Shown here piece after piece: positions 20,117 through 29,531 of a stretch of DNA of 64,000 nucleotides. This stretch comes from a virus: positions 13,546 to 77,545 of IMG/VR virus record IMGVR_UViG_3300035188_000399; one strand, given 5' to 3'. Each line of letters starts with the position of its first letter. Positions within the stretch are counted from its first letter, which is position 1. The position numbers and the translations under genes are program-made. The notes under the pieces are model-generated. The model made no database searches. It was not told the DNA's origin and saw only the letters and a list, made by a program, of their open reading frames with translations.

Positions 20117-21706
20117 TTATTCTTTAATTATTTTCGGTTTTACAGCGGCTTCTGTTTGCATCGCATATTGGTCATTATACTTAGTTGCTGCAGGTATAAT
20201 TTGAGGGTCAGCATTAACTTCTTCTAAACCTGCTTCATCATCATATTCTGAATCAAGAATATCATTTGCTTTAAGCATTTGTAGCCAAACAGTTCTAGGC
20301 AATAAACCGGATTGATACCATTGTGTTACAAGATTTAACCAATCAGCACCTAAAGGAACTGGATCAAAATCTGCAGAAAGATTGAATACAATATCACACG
20401 AATCAATTTGTAATCCATATCTCCAATTTATCATTAGACATATTACTTGTTTTAATGTACTAGAGATTTTAGTACTTAATACACTAAGTTGTGCTGTTTG
20501 AGCAGCATTACGAATTTCTAATGCTACACCTGATTGTTCGTTTTCAGTGGTAAGCATTCTAATGCCAAGCTTAGCCATCTCATCGATAGATGCTTCAATA
20601 GCTTTTTGCATATCTTGTAATGCTTCTGTAGGTGTTTTTAAGACATCTGCTTTATCATCTTGGCGTAATCTTATCCAAGACCCTAATCCAGCGTCTACTA
20701 TTTCGTCAAATTGTTCATCACCCATATCTGACATAATAACTGGCGTATATGTCGCTGCACCATAGAGTAGGTGATTACGTCTACTAATTTTGTTATAGAG
20801 ACTAATCTCCTTATCTACAATAGGCATTAGTAATGGCATGATAGGTTCTATATTACCATTAACAGGCCACGCAGGAATATGCTTTAAAGGCTCACCGTTA
20901 TTAAGAATGTTATCAAATGTTTCAATTAATTCAAAATGACCTGATGGTAATGGTTGTTGTAATTTTTCACCAATACCGCCTACTTTTAATGTTTGATCGC
21001 CATTATCTTTAGTAGTTCCCATGAACTTTCTAATTTGATAATTACCTTGTTCATTTAATTCATGTACCCATACCGTAGGGACACGCGCAGCATGAAATTC
21101 ATTAATAGAATAATCTTCTGAGTAACCTTTAACGATTACATATTTGAGAACTGTTTTACCAAACACATCAACCGCTGTAGCCCAGTTTACAATAGTTTCA
21201 GCTTTTTGAAGAATAGGATATGGTTTAATCATATCTCTAGTTTCTTTATCTAAATTTTCTGCATTGCTAATTGATGGATAGTCTACAAATACCCATGCAC
21301 GTGATGTATTAATTTCTTCCCATAATAGTTCATCTAAGAAAGAAACTAAGGTACAATCATCACGTCCAATATTATTAATGAGCCATTCTTTAGCCTCTTC
21401 AGGTACTCCATCAGGTAATTGCAATATAGGAGCTTTTCTTAATAAGCCACCTACAAGCATCTTAGCAAATTGTGCTGTAATACCTGGCAATTCAGCTTCT
21501 GACTTATAAAAGTCATACTGAGCTTGACTCATTGTTGTTGAAAAAGGAATTAATAAATTACTGAATCTAATAAGATCAATATATTGATCAATTTCTTTTA
21601 CAGTACGTTCCCCATTGCATACAGCACGTGCCTTATTCCACGAAGGTTTAAGATACTCATACGCTTGACAAGGATCCGCAACTGTCTTAGTAGGGCCGTA
21701 GCTCAT
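20117..21706 (-). CDS. Portal protein (DUF4055/SPP1-like)
   Basis: 529 aa; patterns RAWVFVDYP, EQSGVALEIR and LVTQWYQSGLL; precedes MuF. Confidence 0.85.
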   Translation of the reverse strand: MSYGPTKTVADPCQAYEYLKPSWNKARAVCNGERTVKEIDQYIDLIRFSNLLIPFSTTMSQAQYDFYKSEAELPGITAQFAKMLVGGLLRKAPILQLPDGVPEEAKEWLINNIGRDDCTLVSFLDELLWEEINTSRAWVFVDYPSISNAENLDKETRDMIKPYPILQKAETIVNWATAVDVFGKTVLKYVIVKGYSEDYSINEFHAARVPTVWVHELNEQGNYQIRKFMGTTKDNGDQTLKVGGIGEKLQQPLPSGHFELIETFDNILNNGEPLKHIPAWPVNGNIEPIMPLLMPIVDKEISLYNKISRRNHLLYGAATYTPVIMSDMGDEQFDEIVDAGLGSWIRLRQDDKADVLKTPTEALQDMQKAIEASIDEMAKLGIRMLTTENEQSGVALEIRNAAQTAQLSVLSTKISSTLKQVICLMINWRYGLQIDSCDIVFNLSADFDPVPLGADWLNLVTQWYQSGLLPRTVWLQMLKANDILDSEYDDEAGLEEVNADPQIIPAATKYNDQYAMQTEAAVKPKIIKE

Positions 21707-21707
21707 A

Positions 21708-21905
21708 TTAGCCTCTCAAAAGCTTATTGAAGTCTTCAATAGTACCTTCAAATCTTTCTAGTGTTGCATTGCTAACAGCCACAATTTTATCGTCTTCTGT
21801 TTTTGTAATTTCCCAATTAGAAGGTGTTGTATCTTCGAAAGATTTTACAGCTAATGGAGCAGCAGTAACTTTAGGAGCTACTACAGGAGTTTCTTGTTCT
21901 GCCAT
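21708..21905 (-). CDS. Hypothetical protein
   Basis: 65-aa ORF packed between the endolysin and the portal. Confidence 0.6.
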   Translation of the reverse strand: MAEQETPVVAPKVTAAPLAVKSFEDTTPSNWEITKTEDDKIVAVSNATLERFEGTIEDFNKLLRG

Positions 21906-21906
21906 T

Positions 21907-22356
21907 TTATTTTCCTAAAAATTTGTTTGATTCACGTTTACGTCTATTAGTAAGACCTTGTACTACTTTACCTTCGTCTTTATTCCATCTAAGGAATTGA
22001 GCAGCTACCTGATCTCTAGGTGCGCCTGAATTTAACAATCGTAATAATGTAGAACCTTTGAAAGCCGGTACACCTACATTGTATGTAAATTCTACTAATG
22101 CGTCAAATTCGTTTTGTGTCAAAGGTACAGCAACAGATTTGTCTACTGCGCTTACGTATTGTTTAAGTGTAACTTTGAAAAGTTGTAATGCACGTTCCTT
22201 AGTAATGGGAGCGTCCTTTAGTGTAACTTTAGTACCGTTTTCATAAACAGTGCTGCCAAAGCCAATTGTAGGGACGCCCTCACCATCTGGATACGGATGC
22301 GATCTAAACCCTTCAGAGCCTTTTAAGTCCTCTGCGCCTTTATCGCTAAGTTCCAT
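21907..22356 (-). CDS. Endolysin, GH24 phage lysozyme
   Basis: EG-x7-D-x5-T catalytic triad (SEGFRSHPYPDGEGVPTIGFG), plus QNEFDALVEFTYNVG and GLTNRRKRE. Confidence 0.93.
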   Translation of the reverse strand: MELSDKGAEDLKGSEGFRSHPYPDGEGVPTIGFGSTVYENGTKVTLKDAPITKERALQLFKVTLKQYVSAVDKSVAVPLTQNEFDALVEFTYNVGVPAFKGSTLLRLLNSGAPRDQVAAQFLRWNKDEGKVVQGLTNRRKRESNKFLGK

Positions 22357-22358
22357 AA

Positions 22359-22526
22359 TTAAGCCGCTGTGAGAGCTGCGACTGCAACGCCAACTGCAAC
22401 TTCTTTTGCCACGTCTTGCACGTCAGGGTTGGTTACAACCTTTTCTACAGCATCTGTGGCTTGGTGTACAGTGTGGTTAACTGCTTTTCCTACATCTTTA
22501 AATGCTTTATCTAAACTATTTGTCAT
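22359..22526 (-). CDS. Small protein with hydrophobic C-terminus, 55 aa
   Basis: MTNSLDKAFK...EVAVGVAVAALTAA. Read manually; overlaps the upstream stop. Confidence 0.5.
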   Translation of the reverse strand: MTNSLDKAFKDVGKAVNHTVHQATDAVEKVVTNPDVQDVAKEVAVGVAVAALTAA

Positions 22527-22675
22527 GACACAGCCTCTTCAACAACTTCTATAATAATATCGTGTGGTACCGCAGGTAAAAGGGCTTCCACAACATCTTC
22601 TAATACTTCTTCAACAGCAGGTTCTACCGGAGTAGTGTTTTTTAGCATTTCTTCTATTTGTTCCCAACTTGACAT
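22523..22675 (-). CDS. Small acidic protein, 50 aa
   Basis: MSSWEQIEEMLK...EVVEEAVS with SD AGGAG. Confidence 0.5.
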   Translation of the reverse strand: MSSWEQIEEMLKNTTPVEPAVEEVLEDVVEALLPAVPHDIIIEVVEEAVS

Positions 22676-22683
22676 AAAATCTC

Positions 22684-22938
22684 CTACATGGTTGGTTTAT
22701 ACATTTCTGTATCTTTAGTGTTAGCGGTGTTAGCGCCTACGTTATAACCATATTCAAAAGCTTCTGAAACTAACTTATGTAAAGCAGTTTCAAATGCCAT
22801 TTTATATTCAGCTTGTTTAGCAATTTTCTCTTCAGGCACAAATGCAGTACTTTCTTTAATTGCCCCTGATTTCTCAGCAGGCTCGAATACAGAATCGCAT
22901 TCTTCTGCTGATAGTTTAATTGTATGTACTACTTGCAT
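22684..22938 (-). CDS. Hypothetical protein
   Basis: ORF track; operon packing. Confidence 0.6.
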   Translation of the reverse strand: MQVVHTIKLSAEECDSVFEPAEKSGAIKESTAFVPEEKIAKQAEYKMAFETALHKLVSEAFEYGYNVGANTANTKDTEMYKPTM

Positions 22939-23261
22939 TGAAATTCCTTATACGACATCATAAAACGTCTAGTGATTGCTTGGCCCTCTGGTGTATAAAA
23001 GAAATCTACGACTTTATCTTGATTACCAGATTGGGATAGCCATGTTTGTTCTTCTTCCGATAGTGCAGAACCAAGAGCAGCTAGCATGGGATTCACACTA
23101 GCTGCTACAGTTTGGTTAAGACTCGTGTTTAGCTTGGACATCTCTTCCTGAAATACTCTTCGCATCTGATCTTCTACGTTTTCCACTGTCTTTGAGACCG
23201 TAGGTTGGATCTGCGCTTGGAGTAATCGGATTCGTTCCTCTAATGATTGAGTCACGTCCAT
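22929..23261 (-). CDS. Hypothetical protein
   Basis: ORF track; operon packing. Confidence 0.6.
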   Translation of the reverse strand: MDVTQSLEERIRLLQAQIQPTVSKTVENVEDQMRRVFQEEMSKLNTSLNQTVAASVNPMLAALGSALSEEEQTWLSQSGNQDKVVDFFYTPEGQAITRRFMMSYKEFQCK

Positions 23262-23267
23262 TTTCTT

Positions 23268-24143
23268 CTATCCGTTCACACGATTGTTCGTCGCTGTTTG
23301 GGCGTTTCCCGTTAAGGTACTTCCAATAGCAATAGTTTGCTGTGTATTACGTTGTAATTCACCTACTAAACCGTTTAATACACCAAGAATACCTTGCATT
23401 TGTTGTTGTTGTTGGTTTTGTAAGTTATTTTGGTTTACTGTTTGGTTAACTTCAACAGTAGACGCTCTAATAGCACCTTGAGTTGTAGAATTAAACAATT
23501 CACCTTGCAATACACCAACTTGGCGTTGTAATTCTAATTCACGAGAGTTAGGTAATGTGTCTTTAAGATTAGCAATAGACGCCAAAATTTCTTTTGTATT
23601 GCCATCAGCATTAGCAGTAATAATTTGTGTATTACGCAATCCATCAATAACTGCATCTTTAGCCGCTAGCGCTGTAGCCGCAAAGCCTGCTGCAAGTGCT
23701 GCATTAGTAGCTGCTTGCCCCATTTCAATCTGAGCAGTGTGACTATCAATAGAATTGATAATATTAGCCTGTCCTTGCATTGAAGAGATTTGAGATTGCA
23801 ATACTTGATTTTGAATTCCTGCATTACCTGCAGTAACAGCAGCTTGCAAATTACCCTCAGCTTGCCAGATTTCTTTTTCTACCTTACCAATTTCACGTCT
23901 TGCAGAACCGATATCTTGAATAGTGTTAATACCATTAACAATGCCTTGAACTTCATTAGTTGTTGCCGCGTGTGCACCTAAGGCCGCTGCTGCGCCATCG
24001 CCATTATTATTTCCAAACAAACCGCCTCTCCCGCCAAATAATGCTGCACCTAAAATTAATGGTGTAATTCCGCCCATACCAAACATATCATTAGATTGTG
24101 GTTGAGGTGTTACAAATAAATTTGGTGTTGTCATATCAGCCAT
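23268..24143 (-). CDS. Gly-rich hydrophobic N-terminus plus long Gln/Asn-rich coiled-coil protein
   Basis: GITPLILGAALFGGRGGLFG followed by heptad-rich A/Q/N sequence. Strong SD. Confidence 0.7.
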   Translation of the reverse strand: MADMTTPNLFVTPQPQSNDMFGMGGITPLILGAALFGGRGGLFGNNNGDGAAAALGAHAATTNEVQGIVNGINTIQDIGSARREIGKVEKEIWQAEGNLQAAVTAGNAGIQNQVLQSQISSMQGQANIINSIDSHTAQIEMGQAATNAALAAGFAATALAAKDAVIDGLRNTQIITANADGNTKEILASIANLKDTLPNSRELELQRQVGVLQGELFNSTTQGAIRASTVEVNQTVNQNNLQNQQQQQMQGILGVLNGLVGELQRNTQQTIAIGSTLTGNAQTATNNRVNG

Positions 24144-24166
24144 GTAGTACTCCTTTTAAAATTAAA

Positions 24167-24511
24167 CTAAACATTTGGATACCATTTATTAGAAGTACCA
24201 TCATATGTCATAATAATAGCTTTATTAACCACTGCTGTAGATGCTAATGCAATGTTACCAGTCGTAGTCGTCGTAAAAGCTCCTGTAGGTATTAACGTAA
24301 TTTGCCCACCATTTTTAAAAGGTGAAACAATTGTTGATATTGCCGCTGTACCTGAAATAAACACTATAGCTGCAGCAGGAGAGATAGCTGCTGCTGATGC
24401 AATAGTTGGTATACTATACCCTAAATCTTGTAATCCTAAATAATCTAAAAATGCTAGTTTACCTAAATCCGCATTAGTGGGTACTTGATCAGGATCTGTA
24501 CCGATTAGCAT
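24167..24511 (-). CDS. Small virion fibre-associated protein
   Basis: N-terminus shares LIGT.P.Q.PTNADLG with the 707-aa fibre. Confidence 0.6.
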   Translation of the reverse strand: MLIGTDPDQVPTNADLGKLAFLDYLGLQDLGYSIPTIASAAAISPAAAIVFISGTAAISTIVSPFKNGGQITLIPTGAFTTTTTGNIALASTAVVNKAIIMTYDGTSNKWYPNV

Positions 24512-24834
24512 TATTCACCTGCCCATATTCTATAAGGGGTTGTCGGTGCTGTAATTAACGGCAATGCAGCCTCTTGTTCAGCTGTCAAATCAGCTTTAAT
24601 ATTAACATGCCATCCGTCAATGGGTAGCATTTCAGGATATTGCAGGTTATCTTCAGTACGTAATACTTGACCTGTTGGTTTATAAATTAAGCCAATTACA
24701 TCTGTAGTAATTTTTGTAATAAATTGGGTATCACTTTCTGTACCCCAAACTGGTTCAACAGTTGCTAAGCCTAATTCTAAGAACTTAGCTGTGAACTCAG
24801 CTTCATTTGTGAATTTTAAAAAATAGTTTTTCAT
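24511..24834 (-). CDS. Fibre-associated protein/chaperone
   Basis: YFLKF...DVIG.I...GWHVN...P.TPYRIWA pattern, typical of genes following phage fibre genes. Confidence 0.55.
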   Translation of the reverse strand: MKNYFLKFTNEAEFTAKFLELGLATVEPVWGTESDTQFITKITTDVIGLIYKPTGQVLRTEDNLQYPEMLPIDGWHVNIKADLTAEQEAALPLITAPTTPYRIWAGE

Positions 24835-26954
24835 GTTGTTGTGAGTCCTTGAAGTTCAGTGTTGCTTAGACGTTTGGGGTAATAAGCTATTTTGGAAATT
24901 GTTCTAACCCCTACTATATTATTATATGTGCCCATGCCTATTTTTAGATTTGTAAAGGTTGGAATTGTTGCTGAGGTATCTGTATAGATTATATCATTTC
25001 CATTTGAGTAAGCAATATCATTGGCTTTATAACCTATAGCTTGCCTTGTAGTTAAAGACTCTGTATACTGTTTATAAGCATCTGCCTGAACAATGTTAGC
25101 ATTTTCAAAATAAAGACCAGTACTCTTATAAGGATTTACAAAAAGACATAATCTCGTGCCAAAAATGGTATTATCTAATTGCGCCAACTGCCCAAAGCCA
25201 TTAGCGCCTAATGTTACTGGTATTTTTGCAGTAAGTGCTAAAGTACCCTCATCTTGTCTATACCAACTAGAAAAATTAGTCCCAGTAATAACAGCATTAT
25301 CCGCTGGACGAGTTGCTTGAGCTGAACTAGAGATATCTGCAGTACGAATACCTTGGCTAGAAGAAATTGACGGAATATAGCTTGTAGCTGTATTGCCTGC
25401 TTCTAGTTGTGCGCCCCAGATGTAGATGCCGGATGTGCCGTCGCCTGTATAAGATGCCCCATTTTTTGCAGCAATAATCCATATTGTTCCAACCAAAGCA
25501 GCCGAATCAGTAGTAGCAGATATTCTGAACCATCCATTTCCAACCGGTGTAATACTCGTTGCTGTTGTTGAGCCGTTGCCTATTACCGAAGTAGCTGTTG
25601 CCAAATTAAAGTCTGCTAAAATTGGGTTTTTTGGAGTTACTGCTTCATACGAACTTAGTCTTATAGTGGTATGCTCAGCGGCTTTCACATATAGCGACAA
25701 TGTTATTGCGGCAGATGGTGGTGTGTAGATATTATAAATACTGTGAGCTGCTGTAGTAGCTGATTCAACCAATTTGTCAGCAGTTAAAGTCCCATCTGGC
25801 GCAGTTGCTGCATTTGCTGTTATCGTTGCATTACTTTTAACCCAAATCGCATTATCAAACTGTTCGCTATAAGTCAGCAAATTAGTAGCCGCAGGTTCAA
25901 GTAACAACTTAGGTGATAACGCTAAATTCAATGGATTATAGTTATATCTAGCTACATTAGTTGCAGCAGATTGAATTAAACCATTCGAGCCAATGAATGT
26001 ACCAGTTGATGCCCGTGAGGTAAAGCTATCGGCGGAAGGGATATAGCTTGTCGCAAATGCGCCTTGTTCTAGTTGTGCGCCCCACATGTAAAAGCCCGAA
26101 GTGCCATTTCCAATATAATTAGCATTTGTACTAGAGCCAGTGCATGGGAGTACAAGGAATCCTCTAAAGTTATTCCCTGAAGAACCTGTAGTCGGTGTAA
26201 TATAGCATCTATACCACCCATTTCCAACAGGAATTATACCAGAATTATCAGCTGTTGCACTACCATTGCGAAATATAACAGTGCCGTTTGACAAGTCAAC
26301 ATAAAGGCTTGCACCTCCACCATCAAATGAATCTCCTCCTACTGTTAAGCAAACTACTGTAGTTTCACCTGCCTTGAGGTAAACCGACATTGCGTACCTG
26401 GTAGAAAGACTTAAAGCTATTGTCTTACCTGTATAATGGTTTTGCGCTACAGAATCTTTTGATTCAACAATTTTACATGCAGTCAATAATCCATCTGGAG
26501 CAATTGCAGCGTTAGGTAATAATGCTACATTATAGGAAAGCCAGTAATTACTGGCAGCGCCATATGTTTCTGTATATTGTAATAAATTAGTGCGTTGTTC
26601 TTCAATCAGCAACCCTAGCGATTCACCTGTAATTGGATTATGATCAAAACGAGCTTCATTACTTGTGGCACTCTTAACCAACCCATTAGCATCTGTGTAA
26701 GTTCCAATACCTCCACGCGTAAATGTAATACGTGAATCTAAAGTTTTACTCTTAGCGAAATCTAATAACAGACTAGGCCTGATAGTTGCTCTGCCTGATC
26801 TAGCTAATGCTGAATTCTTAATATCACCTATTGTAACAGTACCGAGTGTATCAATTTCTGTATTACCCCTAAAGTAATCAGCGTCTTCATATGCCATTGT
26901 ACCTAAGTCGGCATTCGTGGGGGTTTGGTTTGGTTTTGTTCCTATTAATCCCAT
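24831..26954 (-). CDS. Fibre/spike protein with duplicated carbohydrate-binding-like modules
   Basis: FTR...ARFDHNPITGESLGLLIEEQRTNLL and two GNGWYR/WFR...WGAQLE units. Confidence 0.75.
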   Translation of the reverse strand: MGLIGTKPNQTPTNADLGTMAYEDADYFRGNTEIDTLGTVTIGDIKNSALARSGRATIRPSLLLDFAKSKTLDSRITFTRGGIGTYTDANGLVKSATSNEARFDHNPITGESLGLLIEEQRTNLLQYTETYGAASNYWLSYNVALLPNAAIAPDGLLTACKIVESKDSVAQNHYTGKTIALSLSTRYAMSVYLKAGETTVVCLTVGGDSFDGGGASLYVDLSNGTVIFRNGSATADNSGIIPVGNGWYRCYITPTTGSSGNNFRGFLVLPCTGSSTNANYIGNGTSGFYMWGAQLEQGAFATSYIPSADSFTSRASTGTFIGSNGLIQSAATNVARYNYNPLNLALSPKLLLEPAATNLLTYSEQFDNAIWVKSNATITANAATAPDGTLTADKLVESATTAAHSIYNIYTPPSAAITLSLYVKAAEHTTIRLSSYEAVTPKNPILADFNLATATSVIGNGSTTATSITPVGNGWFRISATTDSAALVGTIWIIAAKNGASYTGDGTSGIYIWGAQLEAGNTATSYIPSISSSQGIRTADISSSAQATRPADNAVITGTNFSSWYRQDEGTLALTAKIPVTLGANGFGQLAQLDNTIFGTRLCLFVNPYKSTGLYFENANIVQADAYKQYTESLTTRQAIGYKANDIAYSNGNDIIYTDTSATIPTFTNLKIGMGTYNNIVGVRTISKIAYYPKRLSNTELQGLTTT

Positions 26955-29054
26955 TTAGCCTCCTGTAAGTGATTGTAGTTCTGCATTTGACAGACGTTTA
27001 GGATAATATGCTAATTTGAGTATGTGTAAGTTTTGAGTAGGCCCAATTAACATTCTACTCATACCTTGTCCAACTGCAGCAGACGTATCAGTTTCAGTTG
27101 TGCTACCAGAAACTGAAAATGCAATGTCATTAGTTGCGTATGCAAGTGCGCATGATATTACAGTTTGTGATGTAACAGCAGTTCCATTGAAATCCCATTG
27201 AGAAACACTGTTATCAAATCCGTACGAATCAATAGTTGCGCTGCCACTACCGCTCACATACCTTAATGAAATAAATGAGCCTGCACCGCCTGCACCCCTA
27301 TCTACCCATGCCATAGTCGGAACCGATACTGCAGTAGTAGTTGACATTAATCTTGAAGTTGCATGCAATGTGCCTTCATCTTGTCTGTACCATTTTAAAT
27401 CTGTCATCACAGCGCCATCAACCGCTCGCGTATATTGACCCGATGAACTTGCATCAGCACTACGAGTAACTTGGCTAGAGGTTGTTGGGATATAGCTTGT
27501 AGCTGTAGTTCCTACTTCTAGTTGTGCGCCCCATGCATAATAATATTCGCCTATTACGCCACTGCCTCGGATGACACCGTTTATTCCCCATCCTCTAAAT
27601 AGTATTGATGTTCGACTATTAGTTGCATCTCGCGTTATTACATAACTTATTCGGTACCAGCCATTACCCACTGGAATAATAGAAGGTTGATTACGCCCAG
27701 TATCACCGCCAATATAAGTACCTGTACTAAGATTAAATACTAGATTATCTTCGGTATTACCTATATAATACATATTAAATACAAATGTAGTAGCCGTGCC
27801 AGCTTTTACAAAAATGGAAGCAGTATAATCTGTTATATTTGAGGCTGGTACTGCAAGTGTGTATTGGAATAACGAAGTCCCACCGCCATCATTAGTTATC
27901 TTATCCGCAGTAGTATTACCATCTGGTGAAGTAGTATTATTTGCAGTAACCGCAATACCAAGATTACCACCTGCATTTTCCCAAACAGCATTATCAAACT
28001 GTTCGCTATAAGTCACTAAATTAGTCGCAGCAGGCTCTAATAACAACTTAGGCGCCAATTTCAAATTCATTGGATTATAGTTATATCGCGCAGTATTAAT
28101 AGCCGAAGTTTTAACTAATCCATCAGATCCAATATATGTAGCCGTAGACGCACGAGATGTGAAGGTATCATTCGAAGGGATATAACTGGTGGCAAATGCG
28201 CCTTCTTCTAGTTGTGCGCCCCAGATATATAAGCCGGATGTGCCGTCACCTGTGTATGAAGCAGTTGTACCGTTATCTAAAAAGTATGTTAAAGCAGTTT
28301 GGACATTTAAATTACCCCTGGTGGTCGTCAGTGTGCATCTAATCCAACCATTACCTATTTCAGTTATAGTTGAGCTAGTATTAGTAAAATTTGCATTATT
28401 TGTTGATACAGCGGTAACTTGTTTCGTATCTAAATTAAAAGTAGATGCTGACACATAAGCAACATTATCTGTAAACTGTATTTTAAACCTTCTTGTACTT
28501 CCAGTTGGAAGTTTTTTAATATATATAGACGTAGTAAATGTTTTGTTAGCTAGGCTTTGCGAGGCATAAAATAAGTATTGTAAAGAACTTGTTGATTCAA
28601 TAAAACTTTCAGCAGTCAAAGTCCCATCTGGTGCGGTAGTTGAATTTGTAGTTACTGTTGCTCCCGATTTAAGCCAAGCCGCATTGTCAAAATTCTCACT
28701 ATAACTCAGCAAATTAGTACGTTGCTCTTCAATCAATAACCCTAACGACTCTTTAGTAACTGGATCATGGTCGAAACGTGGTTTACCCGCTTCAACTTTC
28801 TCAAGCAATCCATCAGCATTATACCTAGTACCGATGGACGCTCGTGTAAATGTAATTCTCTTGTCTAATCGCTTAAGATTAGCAAAATCTAACAGCAGAC
28901 TAGGTCTAATGCTACTTTTAGTATTCTCAATATTAACGTTTACATTATCGACTGCATCTTTGAGGTTAATGAAGTTAGTGTCTAACTCTGTATTTGTTAA
29001 TGTTGAATTCTTAGCATACGACCCTGTCTGACGAGTGACAATAGTAACGGCCAT
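26955..29054 (-). CDS. Fibre/spike protein, paralogue of 24831-26954
   Basis: Same modules. The N-terminal LTNTELDTNFINL is an anchor-like motif. Confidence 0.75.
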   Translation of the reverse strand: MAVTIVTRQTGSYAKNSTLTNTELDTNFINLKDAVDNVNVNIENTKSSIRPSLLLDFANLKRLDKRITFTRASIGTRYNADGLLEKVEAGKPRFDHDPVTKESLGLLIEEQRTNLLSYSENFDNAAWLKSGATVTTNSTTAPDGTLTAESFIESTSSLQYLFYASQSLANKTFTTSIYIKKLPTGSTRRFKIQFTDNVAYVSASTFNLDTKQVTAVSTNNANFTNTSSTITEIGNGWIRCTLTTTRGNLNVQTALTYFLDNGTTASYTGDGTSGLYIWGAQLEEGAFATSYIPSNDTFTSRASTATYIGSDGLVKTSAINTARYNYNPMNLKLAPKLLLEPAATNLVTYSEQFDNAVWENAGGNLGIAVTANNTTSPDGNTTADKITNDGGGTSLFQYTLAVPASNITDYTASIFVKAGTATTFVFNMYYIGNTEDNLVFNLSTGTYIGGDTGRNQPSIIPVGNGWYRISYVITRDATNSRTSILFRGWGINGVIRGSGVIGEYYYAWGAQLEVGTTATSYIPTTSSQVTRSADASSSGQYTRAVDGAVMTDLKWYRQDEGTLHATSRLMSTTTAVSVPTMAWVDRGAGGAGSFISLRYVSGSGSATIDSYGFDNSVSQWDFNGTAVTSQTVISCALAYATNDIAFSVSGSTTETDTSAAVGQGMSRMLIGPTQNLHILKLAYYPKRLSNAELQSLTGG

Positions 29055-29055
29055 A

Positions 29056-29520
29056 TTAGAGTACCTGTAGTTTCCACGTTACGGTTAAGGTATCAGCAGC
29101 ACCTTTGTTAATAACACTAAATACTGTACGCGCAATCATATCATTAGTTGTTGACGTAGCAGCATTAAATAAACCTGCTTCTGTAATAGCGCCTGTACCT
29201 ATACCCGCACCAAATGTAGCAGCAACTGAGATGGTATCATTAGTAAGAGTTGTAGTAGAAGCTGACGGAGCAGATGTTGCAACACGTGACCCTAAGGCTG
29301 CACCTAAAGCACTATCAGTAGCGGCAACAGCAGTTGATGCAGTTCCTACACCAATCCAACCAATAGCAGCAGGAGCGCCAGTGGATAATAATCTTTGAGC
29401 AATATAGCCTTTGCCGACATTTACAATAGTATTGCTAGTACCAGTTTGTTTAAGGTTCCCATTTTCATCTCTAAGCTCGAATTCTACATAGCCTCTAGCT
29501 TGAATTTGTTCTGTAAGCAT
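29056..29520 (-). CDS. Virion structural protein (fibre base-like)
   Basis: IGVGT...GAITEAGLFNA...MIARTVFSVINKGAADTLTVTW pattern. Confidence 0.6.
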   Translation of the reverse strand: MLTEQIQARGYVEFELRDENGNLKQTGTSNTIVNVGKGYIAQRLLSTGAPAAIGWIGVGTASTAVAATDSALGAALGSRVATSAPSASTTTLTNDTISVAATFGAGIGTGAITEAGLFNAATSTTNDMIARTVFSVINKGAADTLTVTWKLQVL

Positions 29521-29531
29521 TTTAATTTCCT

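Noticed and set aside
24831-29054. Diversity-generating retroelement acting on the fibre genes
   Set aside because: There is no reverse transcriptase in the window and no adenine-specific TR/VR pair was seen. The repeats are coding paralogues.
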